The notes below the pieces were generated by a model that saw nothing but the letters and a program-made list of their open reading frames with translations, was not told the DNA's origin and made no database searches. A stretch of 64,000 bases of DNA from Octopus sinensis (Eukaryota), in the NCBI RefSeq assembly GCF_006345805.1, contig NC_043002.1, forward strand, positions 103,726,001-103,790,000. The letters run 5' to 3'. The position numbers were made by a program, and so were the translations under genes. Shown here piece after piece: positions 37,201-51,730 of the stretch. Within the stretch, counting starts at the first letter, position 1; the number at the start of each line of letters is the position of its first letter.

Positions 37201-37820
37201 ATATATATACATACGTATGTATGTGTATGCACGTGTGTGCGAGCCCAGGCGCGCGTGTCTATTGTCACAAATGGGGTGAGATTTACTACAGCTATTTGAG
37301 ACACGTTTTTATTTTTTCATGAGGAACTAAATGACGTGATGCAAATCACTCGTTTCTATCAGTGGAATTAAAATCAAAGTAAAATGAAATATTTAGTATT
37401 TTTTTGCGCAAATCGTATACGATATGCATTTACTGTTACATCTCGTTACTGGTTGGGGAATGCAATTCTAATGTTAAACATTGGAGATAATAAGTATGTC
37501 TACACATCTACAGGATGGAGAAAGATGAAAAGGAAGAAAGGAAACACACATCCCAGTTATAAGAATCTAAAGAATTTAGGTGATGTCGCCATTTTCAGAT
37601 GACATAGAAAGGGTGGGTCAATGATTATCCTTTGTGACATGAAGACAAGCGAGGAAACAAAATGATAAATAATAAGAATTAAAATTAAATAAAATTAACA
37701 TTGAATGATATTAAAAGAGAATAATGAAAAACCATGAAATTAAGCACTTCATATGTATATACACACAGACACACACATGTTTGACCATCCAATAAACAAA
37801 CGTTGGTGAGGACTTTTGTT

Positions 37821-38226
37821 TACTCTTTTACTCTTTTATTTGTTTCAGTCATTTGACCGCGGCCATGCTGGAGCACGGCATTTAGTCGAGCAAATCGACC
37901 CCGGGACTTATTCTTTGTAAGCCCAGTACGTATTCTATCGGTCTCTTTTGCGAACCGCTAAGTGACGGGGACGTAAACACACCAGCATCGGTTGTCAAGC
38001 AATGTTAGGGGGACAAACACAGACACACAAACACACACATGAATATACATACATATACATATAGACGACGGGCTTTGAGTTTCCGTCTACCAAATCCACT
38101 CACAAGCCATTGGTCAGCCCGGGGCTATAGCAGAAGACACTTGCCCAAGATGCCACGCAGTGGGACTGAACCCGGAAACATGTGGTTGGTTAGCAAGCTA
38201 CTTACCACACAGCCAATCCTGCACCT
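37821..38226 (-). mobile_element. tRNA-derived SINE, family B (OR1-like)
   Basis: Full-length reverse complement of the 44450 copy. Confidence 0.85.
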
Positions 38227-38445
38227 ATATATATATTTTTTTTCTCAACCTCCTGCAACCGCATATGTTTCTAACAATAATAACTCTTTGCTAGAGTGAG
38301 ACATGTTGTCCCATATATGATTGAGGAGTGAATCATGATCTAAAACGCTTCACCTGTTGGTGCTAATAATTTAGACATAGCCTGAGCCTATACTAACCGA
38401 AACATATCTTCTAAGTTATATATATATAAGCCCTTATTAATGATA

Positions 38446-38537
<92 letters not shown>

Positions 38538-38633
38538 TGCGAAGATGGTAACCAAAATCTCATGTACATTATACATATATATGTAAAGTATGAGAGGTAT
38601 ATATATATATATATATATGCATATACATGCATT

Positions 38634-38669
<36 letters not shown>

Positions 38670-38917
38670 TATATGTATATGTATATATATAAGTATACAT
38701 TATATATATGTACACAATATTGTACGTACATAAACAAGATATTGTAGGAGATTTCACATACACAAAAACTTGTATATATACTTTAGGTACGTAGACACAA
38801 ACTAATATAAAAGTTAAAATATTCATAATTCTGTGTCAATTTGAGTAAGTTTGTGCACACGTGTGCGTTAGAGAAATAGAGAGAGCGTTTGTGTGTGTGC
38901 AGGCTGAAGATGTGTAC

Positions 38918-38952
<35 letters not shown>

Positions 38953-40368
38953 TATAGATGTATAAACAGATATACCATGTTGGCATGAACAAAGTAAGAT
39001 TACTTATCATTTCCACACTTATATATACACAAATACCTACACACTGCTGCTATAGATTCATACATTCATAACCAAGCCACAGACACACGCAAGAATATAT
39101 TATATGTATATAGATATAATATATATATTATATATATATATATATAATACTATATATATACTTAACATATACTTGTATGTATATATATATATATATACAC
39201 ATATATATGTGTATATGTGTATATATACACACAAACGCGCGCATAGCCACCTTCAGAATCACACACACATATGTATGTATGTATGTGTGCATATATGTAC
39301 ATGAATGCATACAGGGGAGGGAGAATGCTAGAGTGACATAGGTAGACGGTGTGGGTTACTAAAACTTGTTACGCTATTTCGTGTGTGATCATGTTTCATA
39401 TACAAAACCTATTTTGTGGTCAGAAATTCAATTATTTTAAATTATACATCAGTGTACGACCAACAAGAAACAAGCGAAAAAAATATTTGATACTGCTTTA
39501 TTAGGCTGTTAGCATTCTTAATACTGTGAAAAACTTCTCACTTTACTTGAAACTCTAAATTTAACCTTTTATAGCTTCGGGGCTAAAAACCATTCTCTCT
39601 CAGAATAGCATTCACTTTAAGTAACGCATTGGTGTAGAAAATGTATAAACTATTTGCCTTTGGCGGAAGCTAGAAAACTTAGAAAATGTCTTCAATGGAA
39701 ATAGCGTTATTTCGCTTTAAGTAAATTCGTTACAAATTTCTCGTATTTTATATCATTTAGCTAAGGAAATAGAAAATATATTAGCTGACCTGGGCTAGCG
39801 ATGATGTAAAAATCACAAAAATGATTTTGATCCGAATTCTTACTATATTATATATTTTCTTTTTCCGTTTATTGACTTACATTTATTTTCTGAAGAAACT
39901 AGATACACTACACACACACATACATACACACACACACACACACAAATATACATTACCTGAGTGACTGGTATATGTTAGATTCTCTTTTGTATGTATGCGT
40001 TCTATATATTCCGTATTACTGGAATCACATCAACGCCATCTGCGTACGCATATATGTGTGCGTTTATGTTCTTGTATGTCTGTGTGTTAGCTGATGCTTA
40101 AATATATGTGTATGAACATATGTATATATTTGTGCGTGAATAATGTGTGTGTATATGTGTGTGTATGTTTATGCGCACATATATGTACACCTATATGTAT
40201 ATTTATATATATATATATAAATATATATTATATATATGTATATATATATATATATATGTATATGTATATATATTTATATATATATATATGTATATATATG
40301 TATATATTATATATATTATATAGTATATTATATATATATATATATAATATATATATATTATATTATAT

Positions 40369-40425
<57 letters not shown>

Positions 40426-40683
40426 ACGTTTTTAATATATATCCACATATACATATGTGCGTGTGTTAGGTCTGGCGATGCAAATAGGATCAGTAGGACT
40501 CAAAATATGAATATATATGTTTTTTATTAAAATGGCAGAAGCTACAGAATGACTTGACAGAAAGGAGATACCAGCTTTGGTATTTTTATAAATACCAACG
40601 CACGAATCTGTCGAACATTTTGTCACATAGGAAATTTTGACAATTACTAATTATACATATTTATGAACATATACGTGTGTATA

Positions 40684-40794
<111 letters not shown>

Positions 40795-42870
40795 GGGAGA
40801 GAGATTGTAAACTGTAACCAAAGGCTTCATTCATATTCGAGCATAGCATGCGAATTTAAGAACTGAACACAATGAAATTCATCCTGAAATTGATCCTGAA
40901 GAAATTCCTGTCTCTTGTTTTACCTGATGACCCCAAAACATTTATGAGATTACAAATATAAGCTGGAATCTAGAATTCTAAATGTTGCTCGTAAATATTA
41001 TGCATTTTCAAGCAATATCACAATAACAATGCAAGTTCTATATAGCATGAAATTGGTGGGGAAAAATTGAGTTAATGGTGAATTATGAAGTTAATATACT
41101 GGGCACTTGGCAGGATCGAGCTAAATTGGGAAGCATATTGTACAGTATATTGAATTGATGTCTGATGTCATGGAGTTGTTTTGAAAACCATGATACAATA
41201 TTTGGCAAGCACCCGACATAAGGAAGAAGTGTGCATACGCAAAAAAACACACTGTTTTCATATATAAACGTATATGAAAATAATGAATATCTACTCATGT
41301 ACACGGTTATGGACACACATATAAATAGATACATAGATACATACATACATACATACATATATAGAAGAGAGAGAGAGAAGTGTTCGTGAACCGACACAGA
41401 CGCGTACTCACGCACACACAGGGCCAACCGCACATAAACCACACATATACATACACAGTGGACCTGTTATTTTCTTAGAGTTAGCATCTAAGTTAGCATT
41501 CAACAAAATGCCTTTTGTCTACCCAAGCCGTGGAAACCAGAGATAAACGGTGCCTAACTCTGCACAATTTTTATTTGAACCATGAATAACTTTGCAAGAC
41601 AGCGAAACTGTTAACATACAGTTTTGTCCTGGTGTATTCATCTATTTATCTATGTGCGTGAGTACGTATGTAAGCATGTCTATATATGTGTATGCGTATG
41701 ACTATAGGTATGGCAGTACATTTCAGCGTTCCTGAGTGGATCCTAACACTTATCTCCAAGAATGTTACGTCTAGCTATTTCTGCATCTATGAAATATTAC
41801 CTATTATATTCAACCGACCAAGTGAAAATTTGCTTTGGCTATTCGAGATTGTGTATCCAAGATTGGCACATAAATTAAAAAGTCGATTTCGTTGCCTACT
41901 CCGCATATACATACAACCAATGATACGCAGACTCAGATGTACACACGAATGCACATACACTCAAACACACACACACACTCTCGCACACACACACACAGAC
42001 ACACATATAGATATTCTCAATGACTGGTACATAAACAAGATAGTATCACTGTCCGGTGCGCTGTCTCACTGTATCTGTCTTTATCTCTGTTTCCCTTCCT
42101 CTCTCCTTCTCTCCTTTCCTATAACTTTTCCATTTACTATTTGTATAAAAATCTATAAACTACGTTTGTGAGATAGCAACAGTATTAAAAGAGAAGGCTC
42201 ATTGTCATTGATGGATTGGTTTTCTAGTAGAGGAAGCGTCTCCATAAATTCTACTGTCGGTAACATGACTCCGCAAACATCAAATTGTCATGAAAATTCT
42301 AAACACTTCTATTTCATTATAATACAGCTATCGGTTCCTGGGAAGTGGTTTTACAGCTAAAACCGAAATAACCTTATGATGCTAGCAGATAGATAGGTAC
42401 TTGTATAGAAATTAATCAATAAATCTGGATCGTTTTTAGACCACAAACGGCGAGCCGATATCTATTTGCAACAGACAAGAACGTTCTAACAATAATTCTA
42501 TCCATTTGCATGACATGTTATGAGAAAAAATATATTTTAAAAAATCACCACCTAAAATGACGGTATCCAAACAAAAAATTGTTATATGTCATGCAAAACT
42601 TCACTTTACACTGCAAATTAAATATGAGACCTTAAAGAAATGCAAGTTTTAGGCTGCTCATGCATTTCGCTAACCTATGAACTGATGTAAATATGGGGTC
42701 AGGAGATGGTTTGGTAATGTCTCTTTAAATCTAGAGAGCGTATTTGCTCTATACTCAGTCTTGATCGACAAACCTACTCAACTTATCAACAAATGGGATG
42801 CATATACATATAAATGGGTGTGTGTGTTTGTGTGCGTGTGTATTAGTGTCTGTGTCTATGTATATATAAG

Positions 42871-43208
42871 TGAGGGCGCGTGGCTTAGTGGTTAGGGCAT
42901 TCGGCTCATGATCGTAAGGTTGTGAGTTCGATTCCCAGCGACGCGTTGTGTCCCTGAGCAAGACACTTTATTTCACGTTGCTCCAGTCCACTCAGCTGGC
43001 AAAAATGAGTTGTACTTGTATTTCAAAGGGTCAGCCTTGTCACTCTCTGTGTCACGCTGATTTTCCCCGAGAACTACGTTAAGGGTACACGTGTCTGTGG
43101 AATGCTCAGCCATTTGCACGTTAATTTCACGAGCAAGCTGTTCCGTTGATCGTATCAGCTGGGACCCTCGTCGTCGTAACCGGCGGAGTCTAGAAAAAAA
43201 AAAAAAAA
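42871..43208 (+). mobile_element. tRNA-derived SINE, family D (OR2-like), with poly(A) tail
   Basis: A-box tggcttagtgg, B-box gagttcgattcc, 3' cgtcgtaaccggcggag plus an A-run. Confidence 0.85.
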
Positions 43209-43268
43209 AGATGTATATATAAACGTGTAAAAATACACACACACTCACACAAACACACACACACACAC

Positions 43269-43302
<34 letters not shown>

Positions 43303-43413
43303 CATACATACACACACATATGCCTATACATAGAAACACGAGCGCACATACACACACAAACCACACACACACAACATATATATTATATATATATATATAT
43401 ATTATATAATATA

Positions 43414-43463
<50 letters not shown>

Positions 43464-44104
43464 TATTATATATATATATATTACACATATGCCTATACAT
43501 AGAAACACGAGCGCACATACACACGTACACACACACATATTGGCGTTAATTACTGTTTCACAGAAATAACAACACAGAGTTTCACAATGGCGCGTCTGGA
43601 GAGTGAGTACTCGACAACAGAAAAAAAAATAACGCTAAGTCTTGTTCCAGCTCAAACATTCTCTACGGCCTTTACTGGTACACAGGGGTGAAGGCAATGC
43701 TCTCTCATAAATATGTACACCTAGAGTGTATGCGTGTGTATATGTGTATGTGTGTTGTTCAGTAGTAATCGTTGGAGAAAAAACATCGAGTAAATGGTAG
43801 AGTTTAATAATAGATTATTTCACTCGAGCTCCGAGTTTTCCCTGTGGGATTACCAGATTTCCAGGGAAGTTGTGACACATTTTTCATCACAACTTGCCTG
43901 CAGATGCGGCGCACCTATGGATACAACTCGAAGTAGTAAGACACTCTCTCGACCCCAAATAAGACATTGTACATGCGTGAGTTCTTGTGTGTGGATTCGT
44001 GTTTCTGCCTGAGTCTCTGGCTGAGTGTGTGTGAGCATATATTTATATATATATATACATGTATACATGTATGCATGTATATATGTGTATATGTATGCAT
44101 GTGC

Positions 44105-44147
<43 letters not shown>

Positions 44148-44177
44148 CAGTATATATGTGTATATGTATGCATGTGC

Positions 44178-44266
<89 letters not shown>

Positions 44267-44356
44267 CATATATTTATATATATATATATATATATAATAT
44301 ATATATATATATGCATATATACTTGTACATATATATATATATTATATATATATGTA

Positions 44357-44408
<52 letters not shown>

Positions 44409-44449
44409 ATATATATTATATATATATATAATATATATCATGTATATAT

Positions 44450-44864
44450 GCGCAGGAGTGGCTGTGTGGTAAGTAGCTTGTAAACCAACCACATGGTTCC
44501 AGGTTCAGTCCCACTGCGTGGCATCTTGGGCAAGTGTCTTCTGCTATAGCCCCGGGCCGACCTGTGCCTTATGAGTCGATTTGGTAGACGGAAACTGAAA
44601 GAAGCCTGTCGTATATATGTATATATATATATATATGTATGTGTGTGTATGTGTTTGTGTGTCTGTGTTTATCCCCCTAGTATCGCTTGACAAACAATGC
44701 TGGTGTGTTTACGTCCCCGTCACCTAGCGGTTCGGCAAAAGAGACCGATATAATAAGTACTGGACTTACAAAGAAAAAGTCCCGGGGTCGATTTGCTCGA
44801 TTAAAGGCGGTGCTCCAGCATGGCCGCAGTCAAATGACTGAAACAGGTAAAAGAGTAAAAGAGT
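44450..44864 (+). mobile_element. tRNA-derived SINE, family B (OR1-like)
   Basis: tggctgtgtggtaag head, ggttcagtcc B-box-like motif, internal microsatellite, (aaagagt)n tail. Confidence 0.85.
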
Positions 44865-44949
44865 ATATGTGTGCATATATATATGTATATACATGCATGT
44901 ATATATGTATATATGTGTGTATGTATATGTAGATATACATATATATATA

Positions 44950-44990
<41 letters not shown>

Positions 44991-45677
44991 TTGTATAAAT
45001 ATATATTTATATAAGAATATCAAACTGTAAATATACATACAAACACATAAACACACTCACTCAAAGACAACATACACACACACACACAGAAGCCCGACGC
45101 ATATTCACATGGTTTCCTACGAAATTCCACTCACGCAGGATATAATTGGATCAGACATGACCTGAAGCTAGATAAGAACTGCAACATAACAACATTGGCA
45201 AAAAAAAAATAAATAAATAAAATAAATAAAACGGAAAGAAGCGAAATAAGCAAAATAATCTCCCCTTATTTTCACAAGTTCCCTGGTCAAATATTAAGCG
45301 ATACTCGAGAATTTCATTTAGCTGCTAATACATCTTTCATATCATAAATATAAACTAATAGTTACCACGACTAATACTTCTATCTATTGTGTGTCTTATT
45401 CATGTAGATGGCCTAAACTGTGCGTTTTGCCTTTGCGTTTACTTCAGTGCAGCATCGCATGCTATGAATATTCAAATGAGTCGCTGCTTCCAGATATTGG
45501 ACAGGTCATTTCTTCAGACGTGAGCAAAACCAACATGCTAATGTAATTGTATTTATTTCGAGATGAATTCTTGTATTTTTTTCTTTATTTTTATTTTCTA
45601 CCTTTGCTTTCCTTTTGTTTTTTTTTCTAGGTGATCTTGCTTTTGCTGTTATTGTTCCTGCTGCTAACGACGAAGAG

Positions 45678-45883
45678 CGGTGGTGGTGGTGTTGGTGGTG
45701 GTATTGGTGATGATGGTAGTTGTGGTGATGATGATGATGATGATGATGGTGTTGATGATAATGATGATGATGATGATGATGGTGTTGTTGTTGTTGTTGT
45801 TGGTGGTGGTGGTATTGGTTGTTTTTGTGGTGGTGGTGGTGGTGGTGGTGGTGGTGGTGGTAATGGTGGTGATGATGATGATG
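45678..45883. repeat. Compound (GGT)/(GAT)/(GTT) trinucleotide array
   Basis: Directly visible. Confidence 0.9.
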
Positions 45884-48163
45884 TTCCAGTAGACCTTGCC
45901 ATTCCCGATGCGTTTACCTCCAAGTGAATTTTAATTCTAAAGATATCAGTTCCGCATCGTTGCCGCTAAAACCATCCTATCTTTCGATGGATGCCAATAT
46001 ACCGACCGTGCTGTCCTTCCATCACACAAGATATTAGTGTGTAGTTTTAAAGGAATATCGCTGCTGTTACTCCTCCTTGAATATTACGCAAAATGTAGAA
46101 AACCTCATCCTCTGTTTCTTCAAAATGTTTTTATTTCTCCCTTCTTTTATAAATATGTCTTCCTCGCCTTGTGACGATGCAACATCGACTTATAACAAAT
46201 TGTTTTCACAAATTTCCATTGTGGACACTATAAGGCCAGCACCAGTAAATCTTAGGGTAAAACTAGACAAAGGAATTTTCCGTTATCTAATTCAACACTA
46301 CAAGTGACGATAGGTATCATAAATTTTATTTGTATACTTTCAAAGAAACCGGTTTTTTTTTTACATTATTTACTGGTCCCAATATCTTCTCTTTATTCCA
46401 AAAGGCTTTTTTTTGTTCAAATAATATAGTTTGTATCTGTACTTATTTCTGCCTTCTTCAAGCAGTTGGACACTTCACATGTAGAAATATCTTTCGAAAG
46501 CTCCAAACCATTGATTTAATGGCTAAACCGTCAGTAAAGGTAACTCCTGGATTTTGTAGTGGTTTTGACGAGGAATATTTGTAGACTGGTTCCTATGATG
46601 CTACTATTTATGGAAAGGAAAACGAGTAAATAAACGCTCATAGATAGTGATTTCAAATTTTGCCACAAGATCAACAATTTTAGGGGATGGAATAAGTCGA
46701 TTACATAGACCCTAGAGTTCAGCTGGTATTTATTTAATCGATCCCAGAAAAGAATAAAAGATGAAGACCACCTTGACGTAATTTGAAGTCAGAACGTAAA
46801 GATGAATGAAATGTCACGCTCGTTACTGCATACGGCAAAGTATTTCTCAGAAATTATATTCCGCCTACTTTCTGATTGAATCACCAACGCTCAGGAAAAT
46901 TTGAATAACACAACATTTATCAAATGTATTTATTCTAATTCTCACACTTGAAGACATGAGTAAAACCAACTTTCTCTACCACAATTTATTTGTCTATTCT
47001 AATAATTGTTTTCCCATTCATAATCGCTAAAACGCATATTAATACATTTGCAAGCATGTACGTATAGTCTTATGTCTTCAATATGGCGTTGCATATAATT
47101 TTTTTCTCACTGAGATCAGTTTGAGACAAAAATATAACTATGCATCTTTCAAATAATGATTACACTATTTGCCAATTTTTTTCCTGAATTTTCCATACCA
47201 GCCACACAACGTTCGCCGAATATTAAGCCCTGCAATTCAACGAGTTTTAATGTAAGAACAGTATACACCTAAAATTCGGTTACATTTTGTATTTTCCTTC
47301 CAAGAATCGCAATGTGAAATTCTGATGAATTTCACATAATATTATTCACCGAATTGATTCAGCTGTTTTCTTTCTATTGTTAACACTTGCGATTTACTGC
47401 ACACCACGCGTGCATACACACCAAACCATATCCAGACGCACAAGATCACACATGCCGCCGCACATACATACAGAAATAGGGAGGAAGAGGTAAAGGTAAA
47501 TACACGTGCGTGATAGTGTGTATATGTGTGTGAGGGTGTGGTGGGGTGTACATATATTTTGCAATGAAATAAAAAGCTCACGCATTGCATGCGTAAACTT
47601 ATTTCGCTGTAGGAAAAATCTTCTTTCTCACAGCGTCCCGCTTTATCAGCATCTCTCCATCACTCCTCTCTCTTTTCGTCTCCCTCTCTCTAAATATATT
47701 TGTTTGTGTGTGTGTGTATGTGTGTATGCGTGCCTTCTTGTGTGAATTTGTGTGTGCCCTTTTCCTATTTACGGATGGGTGTGAGTGAGTATAACTGTGT
47801 GTGTGTGTGTGTCTGAGTGATTGTGGGTATACAGAGAAGTGCACAGAGCAAAATATATGTATATATACATAAACAGAAAGGGGGAGAGAGAGGGGGAGAA
47901 AGAGAAGTATAACCTACAAATATAGATTTGTAAATTGACGAAATTTCTTTCCATAAAATAAAGAAAAGAAATCAGTTATGTTTGATTAAAGAAGTTGCGT
48001 GATAGAGAAGCTGCAATGAAGAACTTGCAAAATGTTGGTGGTTAATAAGGAGGAGCATAATAGAATGAATGAGAAATGATAAGGGGATGAGAGAAGGAGA
48101 AAGAGAGATAAAGCGATAGAGAGAGAGACAGAAATGCAGAGAGAGTGTGTGAGAAAGATGGGC

Positions 48164-48199
<36 letters not shown>

Positions 48200-48585
48200 G
48201 AGAGAGAGAGAGAGAGAGAGGGGAGATAGTTACACTGGTAAAGAAAGAGAATATAAAGAACGAGTAGACGAGAGAGGGAAACGAAGGAGAGAGAGGTTTC
48301 GTGAAAATGTAATTGGTAACTTTTGATTCAACAGGGAAGTACGATGTTTGACTTGACGGAGATAAAGTGCGTTGCACTACGAATGCTTAGAGAACACGAT
48401 AGAACTGCATGTACGTGCGTACGTGTGTGTGCTTGTGTACGTGTGTGTGTGTGTCAGGGAGTGAATGTGAGCATCTTTTTGTGTGTGTATATATATATGT
48501 GTGTATAGTCAGACGCCATGATAGATCGTTAGCCACTACACATATTTTTTCTCTCCTTTTTTCTCTCCTTGTTTTTTTCTGTGTC

Positions 48586-48716
48586 CCTTTCTGTAGTAGA
48601 GCGTAGGCTCGAAACGTAAAAGACTTTTTCTTATCCTGAGCTATTATACTAATACATATGTTTGTTTTGTACACCACATGTCTTCGTCTTTTGTTTTTTT
48701 CGTAAACTTTCCCTAT
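48586..48716 (+). mobile_element. PLE-tail-like relic with degenerate hammerhead motif (duplicated at about 52157-52287)
   Basis: ccttt-CTGTAGTA-gagc gtag gctc-GAAAC-GTA-aaaga: 4-bp stem II, two core substitutions relative to CTGAAGA; tail ends in (TA)n. Confidence 0.5.
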
Positions 48717-49370
48717 ATATATACACATAGACACACACATACACACACACACTTGCACACACACAATCACACTTACATATATTCTGATTCTGCTGAGGTC
48801 AGATTTAATCAGGCATATATTTGGTAATTCACAGAAGTGAAAATAGACAATAAATAAAAGAAGACGAAAACGCGCCGAGCACGTATAAGAAAATTGATTC
48901 ATACCAATGTTAATACATTCAACCGGTTTCACTTTTTTATGAATGTTCATAAGTTTGGAAGGACGTGGATCAGTGTAACAACTATATTGTTTCATGCCGT
49001 TGATCGAAGATGACTTCGAATTTTAAGAGAGAGTGTGACTCAGATCGCCATCTCTTGACGTACAAATTCATTGATTGAGAAGGTCACGCTATGAAGTAAA
49101 GTAACTGTTTTCGTTAATTTTCTTCTATGTCCATATTTTAAGGTCAAGTTATATAATAGCGTGAAGCTCAATTCCAGTAGTTATGTCACGTGGCTCTCAG
49201 AAGAATGTCTTTGAAGAGTGAAAGTTGCACTTGAATTAGAGCTGTAAGGGACTGAGAAATATGCCGAGCAGCTCTATGATCAAATATTAACTTAATTAAC
49301 CACGGTGTAGCGACATTTTACTGCTATAAAACACCTCTACTGAATAATTCAGACACACACATACATGTAT

Positions 49371-49407
<37 letters not shown>

Positions 49408-49860
49408 ACGAGGCTTCCAATTAGGGAAACGTTGTGCTAGAACACAAAAAAGGATAAATTCATGAAAGGAATGAAAATTAAAAACATTTACCATCTCAAC
49501 TAATATATATATAATATATATATATATATAATATATATAATATATTATAATAATATATTTTATATATAATGAGGGTGAAAAAAGACAAACCTCTGCCGAT
49601 GATTTATAGATGTTGTGTAAGTAAAATTGCATATACATTAATAATGAAACAAGTGTTCAGGGGTAATCAATTTTTTTTCGTTATATTTCACTTTCTTACG
49701 TTAAATGTATGTTATTTCTTCTGAAAACTCTTCTGTGGTATACAGAACGGAGCTATTTTAGCACTAGAGTAACCACATACTGGTCACTCCTTAATTTATA
49801 TATTATATATATGTATATATACGTATATATATGTATATATACATATATATGTGTATATAT

Positions 49861-49918
<58 letters not shown>

Positions 49919-50376
49919 CGGAAGCCCGCGTTCGCACAGGTACGCACCCCCAGCAGGCGCCAGAAAACAGACACACACACATACAAGCATCAAAGTCTCA
50001 AACAGGGACAACTGTGGCTTCCGTTAACGAATAAATGAAGTTAATGAAAAGCATGAAAATGGCAATGAAAGAGAATTGACGAATAAAAACCACAACAATT
50101 TAAACAAACGATCGATTACTTAAATGAAAACATATCTAACCGATTGACTAATAATGAAAAAGTGAAATTTAATCATTGCGTGTGCCCGTAATGTTGACGT
50201 AATGACTTTCCCTAGACAATAAAAGATGTTTTAACACATAAATTCACACAAGGTTTTGCAAACAAAATACAAACGCGCAACATATACATACATACATACA
50301 TAATACATACATACATACATATACATTACATACATAAATACATACACATATTATATAGTATATATATATATATATA

Positions 50377-50594
50377 CCAGAGTAAACACATAAATGTGAA
50401 ACAAGGTGGAAAACAGAGTACTCAAAAACCAGTGGTAGAGTAATATGCTTTATTTAAAGCAGCAGAAAATTCTACAAAACCTGTTACATATATATGTATG
50501 GATGTGAACATGCATACATACAACTGTCCGATGAACGGCAATGTGAAACTCAGAATAACAGGTCTTGTAGAATTTTCTGCTGCTTTAAATAAAG
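50377..50594. mobile_element. Fold-back PLE-tail-like relic in (TA)n (duplicated at about 53951-54168)
   Basis: Inverted arms 50448-50486 and 50556-50594; ccgatga-acggcaatgt-gaaactc at 50528-50551. Confidence 0.55.
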
Positions 50595-50626
<32 letters not shown>

Positions 50627-51630
50627 CATATAATGTGTGTATGTATGTATGCATGAATGGGATATAGTAAGAGTGATATTTTTTCATTTATCGCTTTCAT
50701 CTCTATTTGAGAGATTCATCATAAATGTTTTATGTACATCCATATATATGTGCATTATATGTGTGTGTGTGTGTGTGTGTCTGTGTGTCTGTGTGTGTCT
50801 GTGTGTGTATGTGTGTGCGTGTGTGTGTAATTATGAGTGTGGTGAAGACTGTGGAGGCTTGGTTGGAAAAAGCGAAAAGGTATTTTTGCAATGATGTTAC
50901 GTTCTCATTAATCAATTAAAGGAGTAGTTAGAAATGGTCTCCTCAACCACCTCCACGTCTCCCTTTGACCGGGTAGAGGAGGTGGCATCCAGTGATAGTT
51001 CCAGGACCTTACTAGGGTCCTGGGAGCAGTTCTTTTTAATATGAACTGCAGGCACGAGTGAGACTTGGGGGTACGTCCCTCAATATCACCGGATTCCTGC
51101 AGCCAGCCATTTAAAACAAAATCTGGAAAAACCAGATCTGTTGCGACTGAAGGGGTCCACAGGGTCAAAACCACTCTTGACCCTTCCCAATCGACCGCCG
51201 GCGATACCCTTACATTTAAGAGCCTGGGCCCGCCATCCCCCAGTCCCCGTCGGATGATATCTTCAATCTAACTCGCCTCTCGCAGTACGACGAGAGGAAC
51301 AGAATTTCGTTGCCCTCCAAGGGCTGGCTCGCGAAATTGCGAGTCTCCTCCGGAGTGTCAAACAGCAACCATACGGTTGAATGCTTGATACCGCGGGATA
51401 TGTATTTCACACAGATAAACATATAGTCTTTCAGTTCTTTTTCTATAGTTAGTATTGGGAAGACGGAGACAGTATCAAGAACTTAGATTAAGTTCTAACC
51501 ACCACCGCCCTATCCTCCAAATCTTTTAACCACTGTTGGGTGGGATTATTTCCCACTCTAAGACAGGGTTCTTCTTTTTAATTTCCTTCTCTACGATGTA
51601 AAAAAAAACAGTTTTAAAGCAGTTCATAAA

Positions 51631-51730
51631 NNNNNNNNNNNNNNNNNNNNNNNNNNNNNNNNNNNNNNNNNNNNNNNNNNNNNNNNNNNNNNNNNNNNNN
51701 NNNNNNNNNNNNNNNNNNNNNNNNNNNNNN
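51631..51730. other. Assembly gap (100 N)
   Basis: Run of exactly 100 N. Confidence 1.

Larger units (their letters stand above)
48164..51630 (+). repeat. Copy 1 of a 3.47-kb near-identical tandem duplication (probable false duplication)
   Basis: Matches 51731-55200 at an offset of about 3570; ends exactly at the N gap. Confidence 0.9.

Noticed and set aside
48387-48995. 202-aa minus ORF (and duplicate 51958..52566)
   Set aside because: Runs through microsatellite and a PLE-tail relic; conservation between copies reflects the false duplication.
49944-49963. CTCF-like motif (reverse strand gcctgctgggggtgc)
   Set aside because: Partial match only; expected by chance in 64 kb.
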